Origin: Rubricella sp.
GTDB lineage: Bacteria; Pseudomonadota; Alphaproteobacteria; Rhodobacterales; Rhodobacteraceae
Direction of reading: 5' to 3'
Assembly: GCA_049600155.1 (NCBI GenBank)
Contig: JBMYPI010000001.1
Coordinates: 1-44,111 of the forward strand
Length of the DNA: 44,111 nucleotides
Below, piece by piece: positions 21,223 to 31,811 of the stretch. Within the stretch, counting starts at the first letter, position 1. The number at the start of each line of letters is the position of its first letter. The position numbers and the translations under genes are program-made. Under the pieces are notes generated by a model. The model made no database searches. It was not told the DNA's origin and was given only the letters and a program-made list of their open reading frames with translations.

Positions 21223-22017
21223 TCAGGCTGCGATGGTGTCTTTCTGGCGGCGCAACAACTCGGCCGCGAGTTTCTGGTAAGCGAGGCTGCCCGCGCTGGC
21301 GTGATCGTAAAGCAGGGCGGGAATCGCATGGGATGGCGCCTCAGACAACCGGACGTTCCTGGGAATGACGGTCTGGTAGACGAGATTACCCAGGGTATCG
21401 CGGGCATCGGCTTCCACCTGCGCGGTCAGGTTGTTCCGCTTGTCCGCCATGGTCAGCACGATCCCCTGAATGCGAAGATCCGTGTTCAGCGACGCCTGAA
21501 CTTCCTTCACCGTCTTCATGAGTTGGCTCAAGCCCTCGAGTGCGAAGAACTCGCATTGCAATGGCACGAGAACCGAATTCGATCCCACGAGCGCATTGAG
21601 GGTCAGCATGTTCAACGATGGCGGGCAATCGATCAGAATGTAATCGAAGCGACCGCGTGCTGGATCAAGCGCCTGGCGCATCTTGACCAGCCGTTCCCGA
21701 TCCTCGACCAGCTCCATGTCCGCAGAGGACAGATCGATCGAACCCGGCGCCAGCATCAGATTCGGAACGACGGTCTCGACCATCGCATCGAGCAGCGGTT
21801 CGCCATCCATCATCACGTCATATGTCGTAAGCGCCCGTTCATTGGCTGGAAAACCAAGCCCGGTCGAAGCGTTGCCCTGCGGATCGAGATCGACGATCAA
21901 TACCGTTTTTCCCACGGCGGCAAGGGCGGTCCCGAGATTGATCGCCGTCGTCGTCTTGCCCACGCCACCCTTCTGGTTGGCGAGCGCAATGACTTCGGTT
22001 TCACGCGGTGCGGACAC
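21223..22017 (-). CDS. parA: Chromosome partitioning ATPase ParA
   Basis: NQKGGVGKTTT deviant Walker A, DLDPQGNA, IDCPP, QCEFFALEG, IPRNVRLSEAPS; GTG start within the rsmG 3' end. Confidence 0.97.
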   Translation of the reverse strand: MSAPRETEVIALANQKGGVGKTTTAINLGTALAAVGKTVLIVDLDPQGNASTGLGFPANERALTTYDVMMDGEPLLDAMVETVVPNLMLAPGSIDLSSADMELVEDRERLVKMRQALDPARGRFDYILIDCPPSLNMLTLNALVGSNSVLVPLQCEFFALEGLSQLMKTVKEVQASLNTDLRIQGIVLTMADKRNNLTAQVEADARDTLGNLVYQTVIPRNVRLSEAPSHAIPALLYDHASAGSLAYQKLAAELLRRQKDTIAA

Positions 22018-22636
22018 GATCAAACCCCTCGATCTTGAGGATCACACTGTCGCCGCCACCGGGATGGTGCAGCGCTTCATGGGTGATGTTCCAGCTTTCG
22101 AGGGCCGCGGTCAATTCCGATTCATGGCGCGCGCCCTTGTGAAAAAGGCAGACGCTTCCCGGCGCACGATGGCGCTCGGCATATGCGAGAAGCTTTGAAA
22201 GTGGGGCGAGAGCCCGCGCCGAGATCACATCGGCGGATTGAGGGGGAACATCCTCGATCCGCGATGCGATGATCTGCGCCGGAAGCTCAGCCTCTCGGAT
22301 GACGGTGGAGAGAAAAGCTGCCTTCCGCAGATCCGACTCGATCAGAGTTACCGTCAGTCCGGGTGCCTTTTCCGCCGCGATGGCCGCGATGACGAGACCC
22401 GGGAAACCCGCGCCGGAGCCGAGATCGAGCCATCGCCGAACGCCTTGAGGAGCGAAGCGCCAAAGCGCCGCACTATCGGCGATGTGGCGTGATTCCGCCT
22501 CGTCGAGCGTGCTTGCCGAAACGAGGTTGATCTTTCGCTGCCATTTGCGGAGGAGGGCAAGGTGAATATCGAAGCGCTCTCGTGTTTCACGTGAAACATC
22601 GCTCTGCCCGAGCACGGCGGCGAGCATCCGGCTCAT
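22001..22636 (-). CDS. rsmG: 16S rRNA m7G527 methyltransferase RsmG (GidB)
   Basis: [29 protein letters not shown]. Confidence 0.95.
   Translation of the reverse strand: MSRMLAAVLGQSDVSRETRERFDIHLALLRKWQRKINLVSASTLDEAESRHIADSAALWRFAPQGVRRWLDLGSGAGFPGLVIAAIAAEKAPGLTVTLIESDLRKAAFLSTVIREAELPAQIIASRIEDVPPQSADVISARALAPLSKLLAYAERHRAPGSVCLFHKGARHESELTAALESWNITHEALHHPGGGDSVILKIEGFDRVRTA
22583..22598. other. parS centromere site inside rsmG
   Basis: Perfect palindrome TGTTTCACGTGAAACA; encodes DVSRET of RsmG. Confidence 0.93.
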
Positions 22637-24510
22637 CCCGTCTTCCGCAGCGCATCCCGGCGGATCCGCGCCAGGATCAGGGTCAGCGCAGCAGGCGTGA
22701 CACCCTCGACGCGGCGCGCCTGACCCAGCGTTTCGGGCCTGATGGCGGCAAGCTTGGCGCGCAACTCGGCCGAAAGCCCGTTCAGGCTGGCATAATCCAG
22801 ATCGGCCGGTATCGGCTGGTTCTCTTCCCTGCGAAGAGCCTCCACATCGGCCTTCTGGCGGTCGAGATAGCCGGCATACTGTGCGTCACGCTCGATCTGG
22901 CGCGCGACGCTCTCGTCGATCGGCGGAAGCTCGGGCCAGGCATCGGCGAGCGACTCGACGGTGACATCCGGGAACGCGAGCAGATCGATACCGCTTCTGC
23001 GGATGCCGTCCTGGTTGATCCTGATCCCACGCCGCGCCGCCTCGGAGGGCGTGACGCTTATCCCTTCTATCGCCGCACGAGCCGAGGCGAGGGCTTCCAT
23101 CTTTTGTTCGAAGGCATGCCGCCTCGGCTCCCCGACGATACCGATCCCGAGCGCGAGAGGCGTCAGCCGCTGATCGGCGTTATCCGCCCGGAGGGAAAGG
23201 CGGAACTCGGCGCGCGAGGTGAACATCCGGTAGGGCTCCGTCACACCGCGGGTCACGAGATCGTCGATCATCACGCCGATATACCCTTGCGCCCTGTCGA
23301 TCACGAACGGCCCTTCGCCGCGCACGGCCCGCGCGGCGTTGATTGCGGCGACAAGGCCCTGCGCCGCAGCCTCCTCATATCCGGTCGTGCCATTGATCTG
23401 ACCCGCGAGGTAGAGTCCGGGCAGGGATTGCACTTCGAGCCCGTGGGAAAGCGACCTTGGATCGACATAGTCGTATTCGATCGCGTATCCGGGCTGGAGG
23501 ATACGCGCGTTCTCCAACCCCGCGATCGAATGGACATAGGCCTCCTGAACATCCGCGGGAAGGCTGGTTGAGATCCCGTTGGGATAGACAACATCATCGG
23601 AAAGGCTCTCGGGCTCCAGAAAGATCTGGTGCGAGCTCTTCTCACTGAAGCGGACGACCTTGTCCTCGATGGAAGGGCAATACCGCGGCCCGACGCCTTC
23701 GATATGCCCGCCATACATCGCCGACCGTGACAGGTTTGCCCGGATGATCTCATGCGTGCGGTCGTTGGTGTGGGTGATGCCGCACGCGATCTGACGGGCG
23801 GAAACCGCCTTAGAAAGAAACGAGAAGAGGACGGGTTCATCATCGCCGGGCTGTTCCTCGACGACGCTCCAGTCGATCGATCGCCCGTCAAGGCGCGGCG
23901 GCGTGCCCGTCTTGAGGCGCCCGAGCGGTAAACCCAAATCGTCGATCCGCTCCGCGAGCGGGATGGACGGCTTGTCGCCGATACGCCCGCCCGGCCGGCT
24001 GGCATCCCCGATATGGATGACGCCGCGCAGGAAAGTGCCGGTGGTCAGCACGACGGCCCGGGCCGGGATGCTCGACCCGTCGCCAAGCACCACACCGACA
24101 CAGCGATCGCCCTCCATCATCAGATCGGCGACCTCACCCTCCAGCACCTCGAGATTCGGCTGGCGACGGAACTCGTCCTGCATGGCGGCCCGATAGATCG
24201 CGCGATCCGCCTGTGCGCGCGGCCCCTGGACGGCAGGGCCCTTGCGGCGATTGAGAAGGCGGAACTGGATGCCCGCCCTGTCGGCGACGCGGGCCATGAC
24301 ACCGTCGAATGCATCGATCTCCCGAACGAGGTGACCCTTGCCAAGCCCACCGATGGCGGGATTGCAGGACATCTCTCCGATGCGATCGAACCTGTGAGTC
24401 ACGAGGAGTGTGCTCACGCCCATCCGGGCCGCCGCATGAGCAGCCTCCGACCCAGCGTGACCGCCTCCGATGACAATGACGTCGTAGCTCTGATGTTTCA
24501 CGTGAAACAC
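22633..24510 (-). CDS. mnmG: tRNA uridine-5-carboxymethylaminomethyl modification enzyme MnmG (GidA)
   Basis: [52 protein letters not shown]; start is GTG 24510 or GTG 24501. Confidence 0.98.
   Translation of the reverse strand: MFHVKHQSYDVIVIGGGHAGSEAAHAAARMGVSTLLVTHRFDRIGEMSCNPAIGGLGKGHLVREIDAFDGVMARVADRAGIQFRLLNRRKGPAVQGPRAQADRAIYRAAMQDEFRRQPNLEVLEGEVADLMMEGDRCVGVVLGDGSSIPARAVVLTTGTFLRGVIHIGDASRPGGRIGDKPSIPLAERIDDLGLPLGRLKTGTPPRLDGRSIDWSVVEEQPGDDEPVLFSFLSKAVSARQIACGITHTNDRTHEIIRANLSRSAMYGGHIEGVGPRYCPSIEDKVVRFSEKSSHQIFLEPESLSDDVVYPNGISTSLPADVQEAYVHSIAGLENARILQPGYAIEYDYVDPRSLSHGLEVQSLPGLYLAGQINGTTGYEEAAAQGLVAAINAARAVRGEGPFVIDRAQGYIGVMIDDLVTRGVTEPYRMFTSRAEFRLSLRADNADQRLTPLALGIGIVGEPRRHAFEQKMEALASARAAIEGISVTPSEAARRGIRINQDGIRRSGIDLLAFPDVTVESLADAWPELPPIDESVARQIERDAQYAGYLDRQKADVEALRREENQPIPADLDYASLNGLSAELRAKLAAIRPETLGQARRVEGVTPAALTLILARIRRDALRKTG
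24494..24509. other. parS centromere site overlapping the mnmG start
   Basis: Perfect palindrome TGTTTCACGTGAAACA; reads as (M)FHVKH at the MnmG N-terminus. Confidence 0.93.
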
Positions 24511-25800
24511 TCACTTTCCAAGACAGAAACTGGCGAAGACCTCATCCAGCACATGCTCGACATCGACCTTGCCCAGCACCGCGTCGAGGATCCGGACAGC
24601 ACCCCGCAGATCCTCCGCCGCAAGCTCCGCGAAATCTGGGCCGCGTCTTACCTGATCCAGCGCCGATTCCAAAGCCCCCTTGCTCCGCTCGATGGCCAGG
24701 CGATGGCGTTCCCGCACAAGCGAGGATGCACCGCTTGCGCGTTGCGAAAGCGTGTTGGTGACCTCCTCGAGGAGGGCAGGGATACCCGCTCCCGTCAGAC
24801 CGGAAATCCCCTGACCGCCAAGATCCGCCTTACCCGCGACCAAGACATCGCCCATGCGAATCTCGATCCCCGGGTCGGGCTCGGATTGCTCCGGTTCGAG
24901 AAGGAATATGCGCAGATCCGCGCCCTCGGCCCGCTCCTTTGCACGGCGAACGCCGATCACCTCGATCTCGTCCTGAGTCTCTCGCAACCCGGCGGTGTCG
25001 AGGAAGGTCACCGGAAGCCCGCGCAGATCCATCCGAACCTCGATCACGTCGCGTGTCGTCCCGGCGATGGAGGACGTGATCGCCGCCTCCCGCCCGGCGA
25101 GCCTGTTCAACAGAGTCGATTTCCCCGCATTGGGCCGACCGACGATCGCGATCTCGAAACCGTCCCGTATCCGCTCCGCCGCGCCGAAGCCCTCCAGCTC
25201 ATCAACAAGACCACCCAGTGTTTTCTTGATGAGAGCCTCGACCTCGGGCGTGACATCGGTGGGCACCTCTTCATCCGCGAAGTCGATAGTCGCTTCGATC
25301 AGCGCCATTGCGCGGATGAGGTCGCGCCGCCAGTCCTGCACGAGATCGGAAAGCGTGCCCTGCATGAGACGGAGCGCCTGGCGCCTCTGTGCTTCCGTCT
25401 CCGCCTCGATGAGATCTCCCAGGCCCTCGATCTGCGAAAGATCCATTCGCCCGTTCTCCAGCGCGCGACGCGAGAATTCGCCCGGCTCTGCGATCCTGCA
25501 CCTGGCGTCTTCGCCGAGAACCCGGAGCAGCGTCGCAACGACGGCCATCGAACCATGCACCTGGAACTCGACTACGGGATCCCCCGTGAAACTGGCGCCT
25601 TCCGTGAAGGTCAGAACAAGCGCTTCGTCGATGACCCCGCCATCCTCCGTTCTCAGCAGTCGAAGACTCCTGCCGGCGGACGGCAGATCAGGACCGGCGA
25701 TCGCCTCGGCGATCGAGTGCGCATCAGGCCCTGAAAGCCGCACCACGCCGATCCCCGCGCGCCCGCGCGCCGTTGCCAGAGCGAAGATGTTGTCAACCAT
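24511..25800 (-). CDS. mnmE: tRNA modification GTPase MnmE (TrmE)
   Basis: [41 protein letters not shown]-terminal FCLGK. Confidence 0.97.
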   Translation of the reverse strand: MVDNIFALATARGRAGIGVVRLSGPDAHSIAEAIAGPDLPSAGRSLRLLRTEDGGVIDEALVLTFTEGASFTGDPVVEFQVHGSMAVVATLLRVLGEDARCRIAEPGEFSRRALENGRMDLSQIEGLGDLIEAETEAQRRQALRLMQGTLSDLVQDWRRDLIRAMALIEATIDFADEEVPTDVTPEVEALIKKTLGGLVDELEGFGAAERIRDGFEIAIVGRPNAGKSTLLNRLAGREAAITSSIAGTTRDVIEVRMDLRGLPVTFLDTAGLRETQDEIEVIGVRRAKERAEGADLRIFLLEPEQSEPDPGIEIRMGDVLVAGKADLGGQGISGLTGAGIPALLEEVTNTLSQRASGASSLVRERHRLAIERSKGALESALDQVRRGPDFAELAAEDLRGAVRILDAVLGKVDVEHVLDEVFASFCLGK

Positions 25801-25816
25801 GCCTCGATAGTCCCCG

Positions 25817-25852
25817 AAAACGGAAAAGCCCGGCGCCATGTGGCCCCGGGCT
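25817..25852 (-). terminator. Intrinsic terminator downstream of rho
   Basis: Minus strand AGCCCGGGGCCACATGGCGCCGGGCT followed by TTTCCGTTTT. Confidence 0.7.
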
Positions 25853-25879
25853 CGCTGAATGTCCAGCCTTCCGGCTGGG

Positions 25880-27157
25880 TCAGGTGTTCATCGAGTCGAA
25901 GAATTCGGAGTTGTTCTTCGTCTGCTTGAGCTTGGAAAGCAGGAATTCGATCGCGTCCGTCGTACCCATCGGATTGAGGATACGGCGCAGGACGAACATC
26001 TTCGTCAGTTCGGCCTTGTCGACAAGGAGCTCCTCCTTCCGGGTGCCGGACTTGAGGATATCGATCGCCGGGAAAACCCGCTTGTCGGCGACTTTCCGAT
26101 CGAGCACGAGCTCGGAGTTGCCGGTGCCCTTGAACTCCTCGAAGATCACCTCATCCATGCGGCTACCGGTATCGATCAGCGCCGTCGCGATGATCGTGAG
26201 CGAGCCGCCCTCCTCGATATTCCGCGCCGCGCCGAAGAAACGCTTCGGCCTTTGAAGCGCATTCGCATCCACACCGCCCGTCAAGACCTTGCCGGAGGAA
26301 GGAACGGTCGTGTTGTAGGCGCGGCCGAGGCGAGTGATCGAGTCGAGAAGGATCACGACATCGCGCTTGTGCTCCACCAGGCGTTTCGCCTTTTCGATCA
26401 CCATTTCGGAAACCGCGACATGCCGGGATGCGGGCTCATCGAAGGTGGAGGAGATCACCTCGCCCTTCACGGAGCGCTGCATGTCCGTCACTTCCTCGGG
26501 GCGTTCGTCAATGAGAAGAACGATGAGATAGCACTCGGGATGGTTCTTTTCGATCGAGTGGGCGATGTTCTGCAGGAGGACGGTCTTACCCGTCCGTGGG
26601 GGTGCAACGATGAGGGAGCGCTGGCCCTTTCCGATCGGCGCGACCAGATCGATGATCCGGGCGGAGCGATCCTTGATGGTCGGATCGTCGATCTCCATGT
26701 TGAGCCGCTCGTCGGGATAGAGCGGGGTCAGGTTGTCGAAGAGCACTTTCGTCCGCGCCTTCTCGGGCGGTTCGAAATTGATCTGGCTGACCTTCACGAG
26801 CCCGAAATACCGCTCGCCTTCCTTCGGTGCACGGATCACGCCTTCAACGGTATCCCCGGTTCGAAGCGAGAATTTCCGGATCTGGTTGGGGCTGACGTAG
26901 ATGTCGTCCGGTCCGGGCAGGTAATTCGCTTCCGGTGACCGCAGGAAGCCGAAGCCATCCTGCAGAACCTCGATCACGCCATCGCCCGAGATTTCACACC
27001 CGCGTTCAGCCATCTCCTTGAGAATGGCGAACATGATGTCGCCTTTGCGCATCGTCGATGCGTTCTCGATTTCGAGATCCTCGGCCATCCGGACGAGTTC
27101 GGCGGGGTTCTTGGCTTTCAATTCCGCAAGGGAGAGTTTTTCGAGTTCGGTATCCAT
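25880..27157 (-). CDS. rho: Transcription termination factor Rho
   Basis: [50 protein letters not shown]. Confidence 0.99.
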   Translation of the reverse strand: MDTELEKLSLAELKAKNPAELVRMAEDLEIENASTMRKGDIMFAILKEMAERGCEISGDGVIEVLQDGFGFLRSPEANYLPGPDDIYVSPNQIRKFSLRTGDTVEGVIRAPKEGERYFGLVKVSQINFEPPEKARTKVLFDNLTPLYPDERLNMEIDDPTIKDRSARIIDLVAPIGKGQRSLIVAPPRTGKTVLLQNIAHSIEKNHPECYLIVLLIDERPEEVTDMQRSVKGEVISSTFDEPASRHVAVSEMVIEKAKRLVEHKRDVVILLDSITRLGRAYNTTVPSSGKVLTGGVDANALQRPKRFFGAARNIEEGGSLTIIATALIDTGSRMDEVIFEEFKGTGNSELVLDRKVADKRVFPAIDILKSGTRKEELLVDKAELTKMFVLRRILNPMGTTDAIEFLLSKLKQTKNNSEFFDSMNT

Positions 27158-27256
27158 GCAGGGACCTGATGGTGCGCTTCTGAAGAAACCGCCTGAACCG
27201 GCGGGAGCACACTGAAAGAAAAGGGGTCGGGCGACCGGATGGTCACCTTCAACGCG

Positions 27257-27284
27257 CATATGGTGTCTTGCCCGCTGTTGTCAA
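27257..27284 (-). promoter_or_regulatory. Putative sigma-70 promoter of rho
   Basis: Minus strand TTGACA-N16-CATATG just after the hemJ stop. Confidence 0.5.
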
Positions 27285-27293
27285 CCGGGCGGT

Positions 27294-27770
27294 TCAGAAC
27301 GGTTTGACGATCACCATGATCACGATCACGACCATCAGCAGGGTCGGAACCTCGTTCATCATCCTGTAGCGGCGACCGGTCAGCGTGTTCGTGTCCGCCA
27401 GGAAATCCTTCCGGCGTTTCCCGAGCCAGTGGTGAAACCAGGTCATCGCCACCACGGCGACGAGCTTGGCATGAAACCAGCCATCTCCCGTCCAGTCGAT
27501 GGAGCCAGGCGTGAAGGCCATAGCGAGGCCCAGAGCCCAGGTCACGATCATGGCTGGGTTCATGATCAGACGATAGAGTTTGACCTCCATCACCTTGAAC
27601 GTCTCCGACATCTCCGTCCCGGGCTGCGCCTGTTCGGCGTGATAGACATAGAGCCTCGGAAGGTAGAAGAGTCCGGCCATCCACGCGATGACGGCCATCA
27701 CATGCACGGACTTGATCCAGGGATAGAGGGTCCACAGCAGGTCTGACACGGTAATACCTTCTTCCTTCAC
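27294..27770 (-). CDS. hemJ: Protoporphyrinogen IX oxidase HemJ
   Basis: YPWIKSVHVMAVIAWMAGLFYLPRLYVYH, ME.KL..IMNPAM, W.HAKL, YRMMNEVPT, VKPF; true start may be GTG 27749. Confidence 0.93.
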   Translation of the reverse strand: MKEEGITVSDLLWTLYPWIKSVHVMAVIAWMAGLFYLPRLYVYHAEQAQPGTEMSETFKVMEVKLYRLIMNPAMIVTWALGLAMAFTPGSIDWTGDGWFHAKLVAVVAMTWFHHWLGKRRKDFLADTNTLTGRRYRMMNEVPTLLMVVIVIMVIVKPF

Positions 27771-27805
27771 GGCTTGAAGCTTCCTTCGGTCTCTCTACCA
27801 ATATC

Positions 27806-27858
27806 AATGAGAAAGAAGAAGGAAGATGATGTAGTTGCACGGTGGATAGCGGGGATTA
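27806..27858. promoter_or_regulatory. Putative basal unwinding module: DnaA-trio-like repeats, short GC patch, tandem DnaA boxes
   Basis: AATGAGAAAGAAGAAGGAAGATGATGTAGTT-GCAC-GGTGGATAG-CGGGGATTA has the same order as the B. subtilis trio/GC/DnaA-box module. Confidence 0.65.
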
Positions 27859-27885
27859 TCGATTTTCCGCATTTCATTCACCGAT

Positions 27886-27894
27886 TTATCCACA
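27886..27894 (+). promoter_or_regulatory. DnaA box
   Basis: TTATCCACA perfect match, preceded by the weaker TCATTCACC (27874-27882). Confidence 0.85.
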
Positions 27895-27964
27895 AACACC
27901 CTTTCCGGCGGAAATCCGTTCATTCCGATCGGGAAAACAGAAACCATCAAGGAAATCAACGAAT

Positions 27965-27977
27965 AATCAGTAACTTA
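27965..27977 (+). promoter_or_regulatory. IHF binding site in oriC
   Basis: AATCAG-TAAC-TTA matches WATCARNNNNTTR, with an A-rich 5' flank. Confidence 0.65.
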
Positions 27978-28059
27978 CTCGATTTCATCTCGCGCCTGCT
28001 CCGAAGAGACAGACGGCGTTCTCGATGCAGAAGTGGCCGAAACGCCTCGCTTCGGTTCT

Positions 28060-28068
28060 TTATTCACA
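28060..28068 (+). promoter_or_regulatory. DnaA box
   Basis: TTATTCACA matches TTWTNCACA. Confidence 0.75.
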
Positions 28069-28223
28069 CCGTCATGTTTTCCCTTTCAACACCTGCGCAA
28101 CGACGGGATGAACCTACCACTTGTCCCGGCGCATGACGGCTCAGGGCATCGGCATCGTCTGTTCCCCATATCCACCCGCGCGTTATAGACAGGGAAGTCC
28201 ACAGGGTTGTGCAGGATCGGGCG

Positions 28224-29054
28224 GTGAACGAGGGCGCAGAGTTTCATATCCACGTCGTATCGGATTCCACGGGCGAAACCGCGAATGCCGTCGCCCGTGC
28301 GGCCCTCGCCCAGTTCGATGGCATCGAGACCGTCCATCACAGGCATGTCTTCGTGCGCGCAATCGAACAGGTCGACGCGATCCTTGCCGGGATCGAGCCG
28401 GGCAATTCGGTCCTTCTCTACACCCTGTCCGATCCGAAACTGGCGGACCGGGTGGAAACCCGTTGCACGCAGTCCGGGATAGACTGCATCTCGCTCATAT
28501 CGCCCGTGATCACCGCTCTCTCGATGAAGTTCGGGCAGACACCACGCGGCCGGCCCGGGCGCCAGTACGGAGTCGATCAGGCTTATCTCGACAGGATCTC
28601 GGCGCTCGATTTCGCGATGTCGCATGATGACGGTTTGAGCGCCGACCATCTTCTCGCCGCTGACGTGATCCTGATCGGTGTCAGCCGCACATCCAAGACC
28701 CCGACGAGCATCTACCTCGCCTACCAGGGCGTGAAGGCTGCCAACGTTCCGCTCGTGCCCCGCCAGGATCCACCCGCTGCGCTGTTCGACGCGATTTCCG
28801 CGGGCGTGCCGGCGGTCGGTCTTGTCGCCACGCCGAACCGCTTGGCACAGGTCCGTCAGCATCGCGTCGACGCACTCGCCAGGGGTCTCGTCAGCGAATA
28901 TGCCGATGTGGCGACGATCCGCGAGGAAGTCGCGGAAGCGCGGCTGTTTTTCGATCGCCATGGCCTGCCGGTGATCGATGTCACGCGCCGGTCCATCGAG
29001 GAAACGGCAGCGGCGATCCTCGCGCTGCTCAGGGAAAGGGGAGCCGGCGCATGA
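28224..29054 (+). CDS. Pyruvate,phosphate/water dikinase regulatory kinase/pyrophosphorylase (DUF299, PSRP)
   Basis: HIHVVSDSTGETA, YLDRISALDFAMSHDDG, GVSRTSKTPTSIYLA, DVTRRSIEETAA; start GTG 28224 or 28209. Confidence 0.93.
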   Translation: MNEGAEFHIHVVSDSTGETANAVARAALAQFDGIETVHHRHVFVRAIEQVDAILAGIEPGNSVLLYTLSDPKLADRVETRCTQSGIDCISLISPVITALSMKFGQTPRGRPGRQYGVDQAYLDRISALDFAMSHDDGLSADHLLAADVILIGVSRTSKTPTSIYLAYQGVKAANVPLVPRQDPPAALFDAISAGVPAVGLVATPNRLAQVRQHRVDALARGLVSEYADVATIREEVAEARLFFDRHGLPVIDVTRRSIEETAAAILALLRERGAGA

Positions 29055-29650
29055 TGCAGCCTGTCATTCTGGCGTCCGGGTCCACGATCCGCCGGCAGAT
29101 GCTGGAGAACGCGGGTCTCACGGTAGAGGTGAGGCCCGCGCGGGTCGACGAGGAAGCGATAAAGTCCGCGATGCTCGCCGAAGAAGCCCCACCGCGCGAC
29201 ATAGCCGACAAGCTGGCGGAACTGAAATCGCAAAGAGTGAGCATGCGCTCGGGGAGAACGCTCGTGATCGGTGCGGATCAGGTTCTCGTTTGCGATGGGA
29301 GGCTTTACGACAAGCCGCGCGATCTGGAGGAGGCGTGGGCGCATCTCGCCCGGCTGAGGGGTCGTGTCCATGAACTGATCTCCGCGGCTGTGATCTGCGA
29401 GGAGGGCAGGCCGGTGTGGCGCCATATCGGTCGCGCCCAACTCATGATGCGTCCGTTTTCCGATGGGTTCCTCGATGCCTATCTGGAGGAGGAGGGCGAG
29501 GCCGCGCTGCACGCGGTGGGGTATTATCGGCTTGAAGGCCCCGGCGCTCAGCTTTTCTCCCGGGTGCAGGGGGACTACTTCTCCGTCCTGGGCTTGCCAC
29601 TGCTGGAAGTCCTCGGTTTCCTGAGGGCAAGGGGGATCTTGATCGAATGA
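29051..29650 (+). CDS. maf: Maf-family nucleoside triphosphate pyrophosphatase
   Basis: ILASGSTIRRQML, VDEE, IGADQV, DKP, GDYFSVLGLPL. Confidence 0.93.
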   Translation: MMQPVILASGSTIRRQMLENAGLTVEVRPARVDEEAIKSAMLAEEAPPRDIADKLAELKSQRVSMRSGRTLVIGADQVLVCDGRLYDKPRDLEEAWAHLARLRGRVHELISAAVICEEGRPVWRHIGRAQLMMRPFSDGFLDAYLEEEGEAALHAVGYYRLEGPGAQLFSRVQGDYFSVLGLPLLEVLGFLRARGILIE

Positions 29651-30477
29651 GCACCGCAGCGCCCCTGGCCGGGGTGATCGGCCACCCGGTCGGGCACAGC
29701 AAATCCCCTGTTCTTCACGGCCACTGGCTGAAACGTTATGCGATAGCGGGTCACTACGTCGCTCTTCCTGTCGAGCCGGGACATTTCGAGACGGTCGTGA
29801 AAACCCTTCCCCTGATGGGTTTTCGCGGTGTGAACGTCACGCTTCCACACAAGCAGACCGCGATCGAGATCGCCGATCGCGTCACAGACCGTGCCGCCTT
29901 GATCGGAGCCGCGAACACCCTGACCTTCCGTGACGGCCGTATCCTCGCCGACAACACGGACGGTTACGGTTTCATCGAGAGTATCCGCCAGACCGCGCCG
30001 GACTGGGATCCCCGGTCGGGGCCGGCGCTGGTGCTCGGTGCGGGGGGAGCATCGCGCGCCGTCGTTTCGGCGCTTCTCGATGCGGGCGTGCAGGAGTTGC
30101 GCATCGCCAATCGCACCCGCGCAAGGGCGGAGGCGCTGCGCGAGAATTTCGGCGCGCGTGTCAGGGTCATGGATTGGGCTGTTCTCGACCGTGCGCTCGA
30201 CGGGGCGATGACGCTCGTCAACACGACCTCCCTCGGCATGGAGGGGCAACCCCCCCTGACCATCGATGTCACACGCCTCCCCGACGAAGCGCTCGTGACG
30301 GATATCGTCTACGCACCGCTCGAAACGCCGGTTCTGCGCGCGGCGGCCGCCGCCGGATTGCGGACGGTGGACGGGTTGGGGATGCTCCTGCACCAGGCCG
30401 TTCCGGGCTTCGAACAATGGTTTGGGCAACGGCCGGAAGTCGATGACGCGCTGCGCGCGGCGGTTCTCGCCTCATGA
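29647..30477 (+). CDS. aroE: Shikimate dehydrogenase
   Basis: HSKSP.LH, GVNVTLPHK, GAANT, DNTDGYG, GAGGASRA, NTTSLGM, DGLGMLLHQA. Confidence 0.96.
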   Translation: MSTAAPLAGVIGHPVGHSKSPVLHGHWLKRYAIAGHYVALPVEPGHFETVVKTLPLMGFRGVNVTLPHKQTAIEIADRVTDRAALIGAANTLTFRDGRILADNTDGYGFIESIRQTAPDWDPRSGPALVLGAGGASRAVVSALLDAGVQELRIANRTRARAEALRENFGARVRVMDWAVLDRALDGAMTLVNTTSLGMEGQPPLTIDVTRLPDEALVTDIVYAPLETPVLRAAAAAGLRTVDGLGMLLHQAVPGFEQWFGQRPEVDDALRAAVLAS

Positions 30478-31079
30478 GCCGAAAGGGCCCGTTCCGCCTT
30501 GGCCTGACCGGCTCCATCGCGATGGGCAAGACCACGACCGCCGGTTTCTTCCGGGAAATCGGCGTTCCTGTCTGGGATGCGGACGCGGCGGTCCATGCCC
30601 TCTACGGCCCGGACGGTGCGGGCGCGCGCGCAATAGCAAGCATCGTTCCGGCCGCCGTCGGCCCCGAGGGTGTGGATCGGGCCGCGTTGCGTGCCGCGAT
30701 CGGTGCGGACGATGGGCTTCTTTCCCGCATCGAGGCAGCCATACACCCGCTTGTCGCCGAGGACAGGCAGCGGTTTCTCGAAGATCATGCAGCCGCGCCG
30801 CTCGTGCTTTTCGACATACCGCTCCTTTTCGAGACCGGCGCCGACGCCTGGCTCGATTCCGTCCTCGTCGTCACGGCGCCGGCATCCGTCCAGCGCGCGC
30901 GTGCGCTTGCCCGCGAAGGAATGACCGAGGAGACGCTTCGCACGATCCTTGCACGTCAGCTTCCCGACAGTGAGAAAAGGAAACGGGCGGATTATGTGAT
31001 CGATACCTCCCTCGGCCTCGACAATGCCCGGCGGGACGTTCGACGCATCGTGAAACGGATCGGAGGCGACAATGCGTGA
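30474..31079 (+). CDS. coaE: Dephospho-CoA kinase
   Basis: [31 protein letters not shown]. Confidence 0.95.
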   Translation: MSRKGPFRLGLTGSIAMGKTTTAGFFREIGVPVWDADAAVHALYGPDGAGARAIASIVPAAVGPEGVDRAALRAAIGADDGLLSRIEAAIHPLVAEDRQRFLEDHAAAPLVLFDIPLLFETGADAWLDSVLVVTAPASVQRARALAREGMTEETLRTILARQLPDSEKRKRADYVIDTSLGLDNARRDVRRIVKRIGGDNA

Positions 31080-31758
31080 AATCGTGCTCGACACGGAAAC
31101 GACGGGCCTTTCGCCCGCCGAAGGCCACCGCATCGTCGAGATCGGGGCGGTCGAGCTGTCGGGCCATGTCCCGACGGGCAAGACCTATCACCAATATATC
31201 AATCCGGAACGCGACATGCCCGATGAGGCCTTCGCCGTTCATGGGCTGAGCGGCGATTTCCTGTCGGACAAGCCCGTTTTCTCCCAGATCGCGACCGAGT
31301 TCCTGACATTCATCGCCGGCGCGAAACTCGTGATCCACAACGCCAGCTTCGACATGGCTTTCCTCAATCACGAATTGCGGGCGGCCGGCCACCCCGTCCT
31401 TCCCGATGACACGGCGATCGATACCCTTGCGATCGCGCGCCAGCGCTTCCCCGGCGCGCAGAATTCCCTCGATGCGCTTTGCCGCCGTTTCGGCGTCGAC
31501 AACTCCATGCGGGAGAAGCACGGCGCCCTTCTCGATTCCGAAATCCTCGCGGAGGTCTATCTCGAACTGATCGGCGGCCGGCAGCCGGACTTCGCGCTTT
31601 CGGTCATCGATGGTGGCCGGGGGGCCGGGGATCGTGGGCCGGCGGCGGATTGGGTTCCGCCCCGGCGTCCGCGGCCTCTCCCATCGCGTCTTTCCGATGA
31701 GGAGAAGGCGCGTCACGATGAATTCGTGAAGTCTCTCGGCGCGGAAAACCTCTGGTAG
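31072..31758 (+). CDS. dnaQ: DNA polymerase III epsilon subunit
   Basis: [23 protein letters not shown], clamp-motif-like QPDFAL. Confidence 0.97.
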   Translation: MREIVLDTETTGLSPAEGHRIVEIGAVELSGHVPTGKTYHQYINPERDMPDEAFAVHGLSGDFLSDKPVFSQIATEFLTFIAGAKLVIHNASFDMAFLNHELRAAGHPVLPDDTAIDTLAIARQRFPGAQNSLDALCRRFGVDNSMREKHGALLDSEILAEVYLELIGGRQPDFALSVIDGGRGAGDRGPAADWVPPRRPRPLPSRLSDEEKARHDEFVKSLGAENLW

Positions 31759-31762
31759 ACGA

Positions 31763-31784
31763 AACGGCGCCCGAAGGCGCCGTT
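31763..31784. terminator. Bidirectional terminator between convergent dnaQ and secB
   Basis: 9-bp stem AACGGCGCC-CGAA-GGCGCCGTT. Confidence 0.7.
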
Positions 31785-31811
31785 CTGTCAATCACCGTAA
31801 TTGTCGCGCCT

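Larger units (their letters stand above)
27771..28208. other. oriC: Chromosomal replication origin oriC
   Basis: Only long AT-rich intergenic stretch in the window; genes diverge from it; consensus DnaA boxes TTATCCACA (27886-27894) and TTATTCACA (28060-28068) plus weaker boxes; IHF site; trio-like repeats; parAB/parS/gidAB nearby. Confidence 0.88.

Noticed and set aside
21997-22012. Third parS at the parA start (GGTTTCACGCGGTGCG)
   Set aside because: Only one half-site matches and it is not palindromic.
27774-28136. 120-aa ORF across the AT-rich gap
   Set aside because: TTG start without RBS, atypical composition, and it runs through DnaA boxes and the IHF site; better explained as oriC.
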